Positions 38,291 through 50,239 are shown, numbered from the whole stretch's first letter. The stretch: 63,692 nt of DNA, filler included, from Hyphochytrium catenoides (GCA_900088475.1; 7 parts of 7 records of this genome joined end to end with filler, not necessarily neighbours in it); one strand, 5' to 3'. Notes: generated from the sequence alone by a model not told the origin. Numbers and translations: made by a program.

Positions 38291-38302
38291 CTCTCTCTCT
38301 CA

Positions 38303-38333
<31 letters not shown>

Positions 38334-38687
38334 CCTCTCTTTCTTTCTCTGTCACTTAAGGTTTACAGCTGAGTGCCATCAGAAAGAGGAATATGAGAAA
38401 CACTGGCTGGATGCTTCATGTCTCTTCTTTCTCTCTCTCTCCCACTCTCTCTCTCTTTCTCTCTCTCTTCTCTCTCTTGGTATCAATCTGCCAACCGACT
38501 GTGGGAGAGAGTATTTTAGCCGTGAGGAGAGAAGACAGACATCTGCCGCTTTCTTCACTGTGTCTCTCTCTCTCTCTCTTGCTTTCTCCCTCAAATCTGG
38601 CGCTCCTCATCAGTCAAAGCGATGCTGCTTCGCCGCGTTTCTCTCTTCTACTGTGTATTCTTTCCTTCTCCCTGGCGCACGCTCCTC

Positions 38688-38719
<32 letters not shown>

Positions 38720-38861
38720 ATTGCGTTCACGGCTCCTCTCTCTTGTAGGTCAAGCTCTCTGCTTGCTTTTCGGGTTAGTCTCTCTCTCTCCCTCACTCTC
38801 TCTCCCTCCCCTTTCTCCCTCTGTCTCTCTTTCTCTCTCCCTCCCCTTTCTCCCTCTGTCT

Positions 38862-38915
<54 letters not shown>

Positions 38916-39130
38916 GAAAAAAGATGCTTCGCGTCCTTTCCCCAAAATAACGGCTGCGTCTCAAAATGCGCAGATATCCATGATAATATGATGTTTATTC
39001 TGGACCATAACATGATTAAACTTCCAAATACTTAGATTTGTTATCAGGAATATAGCTCTTTGGGTGGAGCTTATTTGGGTGCGGCCACGTGGCGTGATTA
39101 CTGTAGATGTGTTGAAGTTCCAGAAAGATA

Positions 39131-39182
<52 letters not shown>

Positions 39183-39463
39183 GAGACAGCAGGAAGCTAG
39201 ATAGAGCAGAAGAATTGAAAGGATCGAGAGGAAGAGAAGAGAGAGAGAGCTGTGTAAATCTGCCCTCGGCAAGCCGAGAGGACAAAGCTTCATAATCGTC
39301 GAAGAAAGAGAAGAATCTCTCTTAGAGTGAAAGAGAGAGAGAGAGAGGAAGAAGTCGAGAAGAGAGACGCGCCAGTCTTCGTCTTTCTCTTTCCTTCGCA
39401 TATCCTTCCCTCTATCTCTCTGCTCAAGGGCTCGCGTTGTCCAGTCTTTTAACTTGTTTTCCG

Positions 39464-39765
39464 ATGCTCTGTCTCGTGCCCAAGTCCGTGGCCGTCCTGG
39501 CCGGGACGTTTCTTCTTCTCTTTGGCGCTGCTGCGGCCGCGAGTTCCTCAGTCATCGAGCTTAATGACAACAACTTCAAGTCTAAAGTCCTGGTAAGATG
39601 TCTCTCTTTGTCTCTCTCTCTCCTCTCTGTCTCTGTCTCTCTCTCTCTCTCTCTCTCTATCATATCTATCTCCCGCTCTCTTGCCTGTTCCCTGTCACTT
39701 TTTTTTATTATCCCTCGGTCTCGTTGTAGCACCGATAATCCTCGTTGTCTTCCTGTCTTGGTACT

Positions 39766-39802
<37 letters not shown>

Positions 39803-39902
39803 TTTTCTCTTTGTCTCTCTTCTCTCATGGCTAAAGTGGGTTGCCATAGCTCTAGGACTGTTTGTCTGTCTAGCAATCGCCTAACTCTCCCTTGTTTTTC
39901 TC

Positions 39903-39965
<63 letters not shown>

Positions 39966-40403
39966 GGTTTCTCTACTTCGCTACCAAAACTCTCGCCCTC
40001 TGTCTCTCTTTCTCTTTAACGTCTCTTCTTCCTTATGTGCATGACTTCCCCTTTCCATGATTTTTCTGACTGTCTTTGCTTCTTCAGAAAGATGACGGCG
40101 TGTGGATGGTAGAGGTGAGGAAAAGAGACCTACAGCTTCTCTCTTCTTCTCTGTCTCTCTCCCTCTTATCCCGTGTTATTTTCTCTCTTTGATTCTCACT
40201 TTCGTTTTCGCTTAATTTTTCTGTCCCTCCCATGCCTTAACTCTCTCTCTCTCTCTCTCCGCACTCTCTCTCTCTCTCTTTTGCCTCTTCCCCTTCTTTT
40301 TCTTTTTTGACTTCGCTCTTCACCCTCTCCTTACGTAATAGCTTTCCTGTCTCTTCCTCTTCCAGACCTTGACTATTAGGACTCTTCCTCCCTCTCTCTC
40401 TTA

Positions 40404-40445
<42 letters not shown>

Positions 40446-40547
40446 TTTGTGCTAATTTTGTCCTATCGTATCTCAATAGTTTTACGCCCCTTGGTGCGGA
40501 CACTGCAAAAACTTGGTGAGTGCTGTCTCTCTCTTTTTCTCTCTCTT

Positions 40548-40592
<45 letters not shown>

Positions 40593-40902
40593 GTGTCTAC
40601 TTCTCTCTCCCAGTGTGCTAGCTCTATTATTCTGTCTGTCTCTCCATAAAAGCGTTGATTTCTCAGTTCATTTGTCTCTTCTCCTTTACCAGATGACAAT
40701 AGTCTCTTCTCTCTCGGACCAATGTGCTATCCTTTCTTTCTTTCTCTCTCTCTCTCTCTGTTTCGTTCTCTCTCTCTCTCTTTCTCAGTCTCTCCCTTTC
40801 AACTCCGCCTAAGTTCCGTTCACTCTGCGTCTCTTCTCATTTAGGCTCCTGAATGGGAAAAGGCAGCAGCAGCTCTGAAGGGAATAGTCAACGTTGCAGC
40901 AG
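39464..40902 (+). CDS. PDIA6: Protein disulfide isomerase A6 (P5)-like, first 4 exons (rest beyond scaffold end)
   Basis: Signal peptide followed by SSVIELNDNNFKSKVL (39464-39592) / KDDGVWMVE (40088-40114) / FYAPWCGHCKNL (40480-40515) / APEWEKAAAALKGIVNVAA (40845-40902). The PDI family call is firm; the A6 subfamily is inferred from WEKAA.ALKGIV.VAA. Confidence 0.88.
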
Positions 40903-41749
40903 GTGTCTCTCGTTCTCTCTCTTCCTCTCTTTTTTTCTCTCTCTTTTTCTCTCTCTTCTTCTTCTTCTCACTTTTTCTCTCTTCCTCTTTCGTCTCTCAT
41001 TGTTTCTCTTTCCCTTTCTCTCTTGCTCTCTCTCTCTCTATTTCTCTCTTCCTCTTTCCTCTCCCATTGTTTCTCTTTCCCTTTCTCTCTTGCTCTCCCT
41101 CTCTTTTTCTCTCTTCTTCTTTCCTCTCTCATTGTTTCTCTTTCCCTTTCTTTCTTGCTCTCTCTCTCCTTTTCCCCCTCTTTCTTTCTTTCTCACTCAA
41201 TCTCTCTGTCTCTCTCTCTTTCTCTCGCTCTCTCTTTTACTCTCTGAGTCTTTCTTTCTTCTCACTCCCTCATTCTCTCTCTCTCTCACACATTCTCTTT
41301 CTCTCTCTCTCTCTTGGCTGATGGGCATACTATTAGAACTCCGCTTTATATTGAGCCTTCTGTTCTCTCTCTTTTGTCTTCATCAAGTTTCTCTCTCCTT
41401 TGAATCTACCCCTTGTACTGTCACTCACCCTCGCTGCTCTCTCCCTCTTTCTCTCTTTCTCTTTCTCTCTCTCNNNNNNNNNNNNNNNNNNNNNNNNNNN
41501 NNNNNNNNNNNNNNNNNTTAATTAATTAANNNNNNNNNNNNNNNNNNNNNNNNNNNNNNNNNNNNNNNNNNNNCTCTCTCTCTCTCTCTCCCTCCCACAC
41601 CCCGGGAACTGGGGCTGGTCCACTTACAATGGGTTATTATAGCGGTTAACGGCATTATGGGGTGTGTTCTCATGTTCGCATCTCGATCTCTGAAGGGCAA
41701 GTGATGAGAGAGACAGAGGAAGAGAGAGAGAGAGGAAGAGAGGGGGAAA

Positions 41750-41787
<38 letters not shown>

Positions 41788-42092
41788 TGGAGCCAACAAA
41801 GAGTATCTTTTGTACCACCTACAACCTCTAGATCTGGCGGCTTACCCCTTCTTGAAGCCATGCCACCTTGAGCAGAATTCCAGTGTACAAGCTACAAGCG
41901 CTGCGGCACACTGCCCTTCCCTCTCCTTCTCTCTTTCGCTCTCNNNNNNNNNNNNNNNNNNNNNNNNNNNNNNNNNNNNNNNNNNNNNNNTCTCTCTCTC
42001 TCTCTCTCTCTCTCGCTCTCTCTCTCTCTTTCGCTCGCTCGCTCGGTCTGTCGCTCTTGCCAAACTTGGCGGAACAACAACCTTGGCTGGAG

Positions 42093-42725
42093 ATGAGGGA
42101 TAAAGTCAGTAGCGGAGGAACAAGCACGGGAAGGTGCTCTTTCTCTTCCTCATTCAATCTTTTCCAGGCCAGACAGACCAGCCATAGAGTTCAAACCTAG
42201 CCAACCCCAAGCGACAGGAACCTCGTTTCCTGTTTGCCCGAAAGACCGACACAGTGAAGGAGCCATGAGGTGAGCTGAGCCTCACTGACCGCGATTTCAA
42301 TGTTAGCAGACTGCTAATCTTCTCTCGCTGTTTCCTCCTCCCTTTCTTCCCCTCTCTCTTCTCTCTCATCTGATCTCCTCATCAGCCGCCAGGGCCCAAG
42401 CGAGGAGGCGGTGGTGGTTGAGAGGACAGCCGAACCAGAACGGAAGGGGTTTATGAGATACACGCGAGAGGGCTTTAACAGAGGAATCAGAAGTGGAGCA
42501 CACAGAGGTGCGTTCTCCGTCCTTGACCTCTCCACCGCTACACTTCCTTTCTGTCTGTCTCTCTCTCCCCCCCTCCCTGTGTGCTCTCTCTTTCTCTTTC
42601 TGTTTGTCTGTCCGTCCGTTCTGCTAGGCTTTTGATCTCGTAGTAGTCGGTCTCGCTTTCTCAAGTTCTGACACCTCGTTCTCTCTTCGTCATCCTCTCT
42701 TTCTCTCCCTCTCTCTCCCTCTCTC

Positions 42726-42764
<39 letters not shown>

Positions 42765-43160
42765 CTCTGCATGTGAGCCTAAAGAGCAAGCCACCTCCTT
42801 ATCTCTTACTCTTCCACTAAAGCCCTCCTCTACTCTTTTGGCCTCTGTGTCTGATCTATCCCTTACAGATTATGGCTGGATTGTGAAAGGCGTAGGCACC
42901 TTGACAGGGGTAAGGGTTGACATTTCTCTCTTTCCGACGTTATTTCTCTCTCTCTCTCCCCCTGATCCGACACTCTCCTTGCTGAAAGCTAAGAAGACGA
43001 CTGATGGGCTTGCCTTAGGGAGTCGCGGGCTGGTTCATTAGCAAGAGAGCACTGAGCACCACCCTTCGACAATTTTCAGGTAGAGATCCCAGCCATACAA
43101 AGATGTCTCGCTTCTCTGCCCTCTTCTACCTCTGAATCTAGTAACTTAGACTTTGGCCTC

Positions 43161-43203
<43 letters not shown>

Positions 43204-44147
43204 TTCGCTACTTATGCCTTTCTGTATGGCTTAGCACTAAGGACGTATGCGCATGTCCCGGTCGTTATTTTTGGCACGGTGACCAGTGCGGGACTGGGGA
43301 AAGAGCTAGCCGTGGTATGCACCAGTATCAGAGAGACAACCTATTGCCCTCTTTCTAAGCTAATTCACTCCTCTTTCTCGCCATCTCATGGAGAACAGCC
43401 TGCGGCTAGTGTTGGGATTAAGGCAGGGAAGACTGTACGATGGACCCTCGAAGGTAACATCGCCTGCACTCTATATTCTCGTTGCTCCCTTGTCCTGTCA
43501 CCTCCTGGATCTCTTATCCGTTGTCCGATCAATCTCTGCAGGGCTCCAGTATGATGTCCTTGGACTTAGCGAGGGCTCCTTACCCTCTTGGGAAAAGCAA
43601 GAGTCACGATTAAAGAAAATGATCGGCGGGGCCATCTATATGGGAGCAGAGGTAGCGTCTGTCCTGTCCTTTTAAAGGGAGATCTACTAGTTCACAATTG
43701 CACTATGCAACCTCCCGTTGTTCGCATTTTTCTCCCGTCTAATGGTTCTTCTCTTGCCTGTTGCTCTGTTCTTAGGCGTCAGGGATCCCTGTATCCGCGG
43801 TAACCTCCGGAGCAAAGCATCTCAAGCAGATGGATGGCCTGCTTCAGCAGGTGGAGGACAAGATAAAGACTTCAAAGACTGAAGGCAAGCTTGGCCCCGA
43901 TGGCAAGCCCAGGAACTTTTCTGCAAGTGTGGACTGGGAGGACGAGAAAGGGGATGACAAAGGACCAAATTACAAGGTCGAGTTTAGGGATCACGAGCAA
44001 GTCCCACCGGAGCACGGGAGTGGCGGAAAGGAGCGCTATGCTCTTTCTGTGCCTGGGTTAGGGAGGCTGCGGGTGGTGGAGCGGGCAACAGGCAAGGGAT
44101 TGGAGCTATTCTGGGAGCATAATGAGGATGAAAGCAAGAAGAATTGA
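42093..44147 (+). CDS. Unknown protein, tandem paralogue A (about 9 exons)
   Basis: GT-AG exons splice in frame: ...RYTREGFNRGIRSGAHR/DYGWIVKGVGTLTG/GVAGWFISKRALSTTLRQFS/ALRTYAHVPVVIFGTVTSAGLGKELAV/PAASVGIKAGKTVRWTLE/GLQYDVLG...PSWEKQESRL.../...ESKKN*. The exon-by-exon match to paralogue B supports the model. The start codon is uncertain. Confidence 0.85.
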
Positions 44148-45252
44148 CAGTATAGAGGTGGCGACCATGGTTTAGAGACAGACAATCTAAGTGGTATCAA
44201 CATGTAATAGGCTTTGAAAGAAATAACTGATGACCAGTAGGAGTCCAACATCACTGATGTCAAGGGCTCGCCTGGGATCCTCCGCTGACGTTTTCATTCC
44301 TAGTCCTAGTCTTCGCCATCTCTTGCCATATTGATCCAGACTTAGCCCCATGATGATAGCCTTCACTTGGAAGTCGCGATCGATGTCATTATGGCCCTAC
44401 CTAGGATCGTTCCTTCTTAGGGATGCAATACGACACCTCTATGGGTTGGTACAGGAAGCACTAGCCCTGCCCCGCCTGTCTATAGAAGAAAGAAGAGTAC
44501 GTAGTGCCAATACGGGGGAGATGCTCCTAGCTTGGGGCGGCTTGACGGCCAGCCAGCAGAACAAAGTGTCTGAGCCTCTGGTGGTCTGTCACTGATGAGC
44601 CATCTGCAGAGGTAGTTCCACAGTGTATCTAGAGGTCTAGGAGAGCAGTTATGAAGTTTGCACAAGGAAGATAAAGCTCAAAAAGCAGAACACCATCAGA
44701 TAATAAGCGGGGAACGCCGAAAGTAGCAACGCAAGCATACACCTGACCGAAATTGACCCCCGAACAAGCCAAACCACCCCCGAAACACAAAGCCCAAAGC
44801 TCACTCTTCGCCAAGTATAACACTTTGTCTCACTTTGACCCAAATCTAACAGCGACCTTCACTCCTCAGAATCCACCGACGAGTGTTATCCCTTCGATTT
44901 AGAATGGAAAGCATCCATATGGCTTTTATAATAGACAGATGTTTGTTATATCCCGAATATCATGAGTACATTCTGCCTAATAATGAAGAACTTGTGCTTC
45001 TGATCGCCGTTCGGCGGCGCTTGCATGTTGAGCTCAGCAGGGAATGATAGAGATCCAGAGATCGTGCCTCCTGCTTGAGCAGCTGCGGAAGCGTGACCAT
45101 TCTCTAAGCTGCCCAAGACATTAGAAGCTCAAGAAGGCCCATAGGATAGACGGTCTAGCGTCCTGGAGAGTAGTGCTTCCTCACTGTCATCCATCTGGGA
45201 CGCTATTTATCACAAAGTGCAGAACGAGGAAGGCCACACCATCGCCGATAAG

Positions 45253-47244
45253 ATGAGGTAAGTCTGACACTCTCCACCAGAGATTCACGACGCATAGAGA
45301 TGAAAAGGACGCTGAACCTTATACTCTCGCATCAGTGGCCCGGACAGTAAACCGCCATCACCCGGAGAGCAAAGTGATGCCTTACTAAAATATACACGCC
45401 AAGGGTTCCATAGAGGGATCAACAGTGGAGCTCATAGAGGTAATGCATGTGCAGGATTCTTTTCGTCTTTGGCTCCAGAAGTGTCAAGCTCAATGATGTT
45501 CACATCTTCAGATTATAGCTGGATTGTGAAGGCTACAGGCACACTTACTGGGGTGAGAAAGCATTCCATTGTTGTTCTTATCTCCAAAATACCAAGGCGT
45601 TATTCATATAGGGCGTAGCGGGCTGGTATATTAGCAAGCGTATGCTGCGGACCACTATGAAGCAGCACTCAGGTATCGTGCCAGGCAGCCTAAGGATTAG
45701 ATACCGTGTTGGAAGCTTACGAGTGCTTTCATCATTATTTATTTGCAGCCATTGCCACCTATGCCCAAGTCCCCATTGTCATCTTTGGCACCATCACCAG
45801 TGCAGCGCTAGGGAAAGAATTGGCTCTGGTGAGTCGCGCGGTGCTTACTCCTTAAGGGCCTTCTCATGGGACTTGATTTCGCTTACATTCCTCTCGGGTT
45901 TCGCCTCAACAGCCAGCAGCTTCTGCTGGAATCAAGACTGGGAAGACGTTTCGTTGGACCTTAGAAGGTACCGGGTCTTTGAATTCTTCTGCTCCACGAG
46001 AGCGACGCGTCTAGTGTTTATCTGCTAAGCGCTACCTCTAACTTTCCCAAGGCCTGCAGTACGACGTCTTTGGTAAAGAAAGTGGAGTCAGGCCTTCATG
46101 GGAGAAGCAGGAGTCTCGCCTAGGAAAGTATATCGGCTCAGCGATGAACCGGGGATCTCAAGTAAGAGCAGCTAAGCAATCGACCTTTTAGTCTAGTACT
46201 TGTCTATGCACCAGGGCATATCAGCTAAGATTATAACGTATGTAGGGATACGCGCTAGACGTCAAGCCAGGGCTTGTCACAAGTGAGAGGGAGATGGAGA
46301 AAGTGCAAGACCTCCTAAGGCAGGTGGAACATAAAGAACAAGTGCTCACCACGAAGGCCGGACAGGCGTTGGTGAATGACAATGAAGCGAGTTCAATGCA
46401 ATCTAAAGACGGCGAGGGCTTCAGCGCCAAGCTCAAGTGGCCGACTGGGTCAAACTCGGGTGGCGTTGACGGGGAGGTTAGGGTTGTCTTTGACAACAAG
46501 CAGAAGAAGAGCCCAGGACAAGAGGGTGGAAACAAGGAATCGCCTGACACGGCCTATATCAAGGTGTCATTGCCAGGTTTGGGGGAGCTAGAGATCAACG
46601 AAGCAAAGGCCAGATTAAGCATTCAGAAGGAAAAGATCAAGCTTCGTGGAGAGGACATTGCAGATGCCGCTCAAGAGCTTGCGGTGAGGATAAAGCACCG
46701 CTAGTGCTGGAGCCATACATATCAGCCCGTCATTAAATATTTGTGATGCTTTCTAGAGCTTACGACTGCAAAAAAAGGCGCTTAAAGAGGAACTATCGGG
46801 CCTGCGGTCACCAGATCTCAGGCGGGAAGTGCGGCAAAGACTCATCACCACAGATCGAGCTATGGTAAGTCTCAAGCTGAACTGCGTCAAAGAGCAGGAA
46901 GTGACAGGGATTTCCATCGGCCACAGAAAGATCTGAAGAGATCGATCAAGTCGCGGTACAGTGCGAGTCTAGCCAAAGAGATCGACAAAGGTGAGAGACG
47001 GTGGTCGGATAGTGGAAGCTAATTGTCGTTCATTAAGCTGTCTGGCTCTGCACTTGTAGATATTCAGCACAGTGTGGAAGAGCTGAAGGCACTGCGCGTT
47101 AGAGAAAAGTTCTTGAAGAATAAGCTGAAGATTGGGCTGCACTCACTGGATGCGAAAGAAGAGTTGCAGTCAATTCGACAACGCAAGGCATTGCTAAAGG
47201 AGCGCGTCCTTGCCACTCACGGGGTTCGGATCTCAAAGGTTTAG
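45253..47244 (+). CDS. Unknown protein, tandem paralogue B (about 11 exons) with extra C-terminal coiled-coil
   Basis: ...KYTRQGFHRGINSGAHR/DYSWIVKATGTLTG/GVAGWYISKRMLRTTMKQHS/AIATYAQVPIVIFGTITSAALGKELAL/PAASAGIKTGKTFRWTLE/GLQYDVFG...PSWEKQESRL. A donor after QELA (~46684) skips the TAG at 46704 and joins three more in-frame exons ending ...HGVRISKV* at 47244. The start codon is uncertain. Confidence 0.82.
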
Positions 47245-49091
47245 AGCCCGACAAAGAGAATGAGAGTAAGTCTGGACAGTGTTGAACTGTGGCTACTTCT
47301 CGATGCTAGTACCTTGTGCAACCTTGGGGTAGACAGATAGCTACGGCATTATGTGGAATGGCTCTGAGATGGTCATTAGCAGGTGCACAAGTACCATATA
47401 TCTTGGTAGGCTCAGTCAACAACTCTTTCTATCTAAAGTACTCAGCAGATCTCAGAGTACTTCCCATGCCAGCAGGAACATGATGACGAAATGCCTGACT
47501 ATAGTTCTAGATCACCGCTGCTTGATAGCAACAACATTATATTTTTATAAAAAAATACACTAGATGATGATGGTGATCCAGGTCTGCAAAGAAGAGGATT
47601 TCGTCGTCGGGAACACGTCAAGCCTTGGCATGTTATGTTGACAATCGGTCAAGCTGGTCCGCTGACCACGGCATCAAAGACCTCACAGACTCGAATCCAC
47701 CTACTTTCTCCCATTTAGAAGAAACTCTTGCACTCGTAACTCGACGAAGCCGTGCCAGCAAGACATCGTCACTCTTTCACATAGGAGACGACCAAAGCCC
47801 TGCCCTTTCCATAGAAGATGCTTGCCTTGTCATGGGCCGTGGTCTTCTTCCATCACCGCTTCCCGGCCCAAGCTTCCAGCCGCAGCGTGGGGCTCCACCG
47901 GACGGGGAAGAGGAGATAGAAGAGTCAGAAAGCTCTTTTGGCCGGATCTGCAGGCGCGCGGGCCGTGGGAGAGAGGAACAGACCGAGCAAGGGAAACGGT
48001 CCGTCATTATAGGAAATCCAGGAAGGGGCGAGAGACAGAGGAGAGACATAAAAAGCTAAGGGAATGACCATAAACCCAAATCCGTGAAACCTTCAAAAGC
48101 CCTAAGGAGGAATGTTTCATTACCAGGATATACAAAGAGTAAGAAGACTGTGAAACGTATTTTATGAGGATTTATTTCCTCCACGTCAAGGTCAACCCGA
48201 CGCGAAAGAGGGCGTATTACTAGTCTACAGCGCTATAAAGGCTCCACTAGCATTCTGTCAGTGTATTACTAGTTTAGACCTGGGTGTGGTATAAATGTAT
48301 GGGTTCGGTCTCCTCGTCGCTTCCATCACCTTCTTTTCCTTTTTCTGTCTGACAGAACCCTCTTCCTGTCCGCTCTTTGTGCGCCATCATCCTTCACTTT
48401 CAGCTTATTTTTGGTCCTTAGGGAACATACTCCAGTAATAACATAGGACCAAGGGCCCTTGTGGGGGAGCCCAACGAACACTCTTTCTGTCTCATTCTTT
48501 TCTCTCTCTCTTCCTCTGTCTCTCTCTTCACCCTTTAAATTTGCTATCCCTCTGATCTTTTCCCTCTCTCTCTCTNNNNNNNNNNNNNNNNNNNNNNNNN
48601 NNNNNNNNNNNCTCTCTCTCTCTCTCTCTCCTTTTCTGTCGTTCTGTCTCTGTCACGCTTCTTTCTCTCTGTCTCAATCTCTCTCTCTCTCTCTCTCTCT
48701 CTCGCTCTCTCTCGTTTTCTCTCTCTCCCTCCACCAGACAGCTCTCTCTCTCTCTGTCCTTCCCTCTCATCGGATCAGTTTCGCCGTGCAGCTTTGGGAC
48801 CATCACCTTTCCCTCTCATTCGACAATGCTGTTCGCCTTCTTGGCTTTTAACACCGACTGAGGATGATGAGAGTGGAGCGAACCTGACAGCTGGCAGCGG
48901 CCTCGTCGCACTCATGAGGACGCTGGTCCTCGTCCATCTCTTGAGGAGGCCAGTGCTCGGATAGAAGCAGATCATTCGTGCTTTTCCAAGCAGACGCAGA
49001 CCAGAGTGGGAAGCTTTCATCTAATAGAAGATAATAGAGAAGCCGTAGTGTGCATTGGATTGTGGCCGTCGCCGCCCGTGGAGATACTAAA

Positions 49092-50239
49092 ATGGTGGTG
49101 GTTGCCGATAACCAGTCCATTCGCAGAGTTTCATTCTCTGAAGATCAACACAAGCTCCCCGAGGAGAGCGCGTTAGAGAAGAAAGAGGCTAAGGGCCGTC
49201 ACCAGAAGGAGGAGCTCCAGCCAATAGAGGAATGTCGCACAAGGACAAAGAGAACCGCTTCTGACCTTAATGCTGTCAAGGCGGAGAGGACCGCTTTTCT
49301 TTCCGACGAAGAGATTGCCAGGTCTCGCGTCTGGAGATCGCTCAAAGCGATCACTTATGGACTCAGCAGGTAAGGCGGAGTCAGCGCACTCTTACTCTGT
49401 TTGTCTCAAGCCGTAGCTAACATGCTGCCGCTTGCTTTAGGTGGTTCAACGATATGGACGTCGTTGGGATCGAGAATTTGCCCCCTAAAGGCGAGGGTGC
49501 ACTGCTGATCAGCATGCACACCACTCACAATGCGGACATCTTCGCCGCGATCGGGGCCCTGCAGGAAGTGACAGGCAGAGTTGCACGTGGACTCTTTCAC
49601 CGCAATGTGATGCAATGGCACCCTTGGATCCGTTACCTTGGAGGCGTGCCGGGACAACGTAAAACTGCAAAGCTCCTGCTTGAGGAAGGACATCTCGTGG
49701 CTGTTATTCCTGGAGGTGGTGAGGAGGCGATGAGGGGCCACGATAGCTCCTACGAGCTCTACTGGCAATCGTCAACCGGGAGAAAGAGGATGGGCTTTGC
49801 TGAGCTGGTTCTTAGCTTGGACAGGCCCACGAAGATTGTCCCAAGTTACACTAAAAACGCGGAAGAAATGCGCTTCAACATCTTTTTCTGGCTCTGGCAC
49901 CTAATCGGCGGGTATATCATCTGGGAATATGCCATGGAGTTGGCGAGGAAGCATAACTACAAGCGCGTAGCTGCCTTTATCTTCATGACCGGCGGAGTGA
50001 TCTGGTTCTGTCTGAGCATTCTTGGCATCCCCATTCCGGTAAAGACGACTGTCATCATCGGGAAGCCCGTCCTTGTGGATCCAACGAAGGACACGGCGGA
50101 AGAGGTAGTGAAACGTGCCCACGCCGCTTTGCAGGGTTTGATTGATGCGAACCAACCTAGTCGGGGCAAGAACTACATTCAAGGATTGAGAGAGAGAGGA
50201 CTCTTGAAAGGGTCGCCGGAGAAGCAGAAGGAAGAGTAG
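49092..50239 (+). CDS. Glycerolipid acyltransferase, PlsC/LPLAT fold, TMEM68 (DIESL)-like, 2 exons
   Basis: Exons 49092-49369 and 49441-50239. Motifs: VVGIENLPPKGEGALLISMHTTHNADI (H-x5-D), LVAVIPGGGEEAM, YELYW...RMGFAEL, IVPSYTKNAEE, PIPVKTTVIIGKP. Confidence 0.85.
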
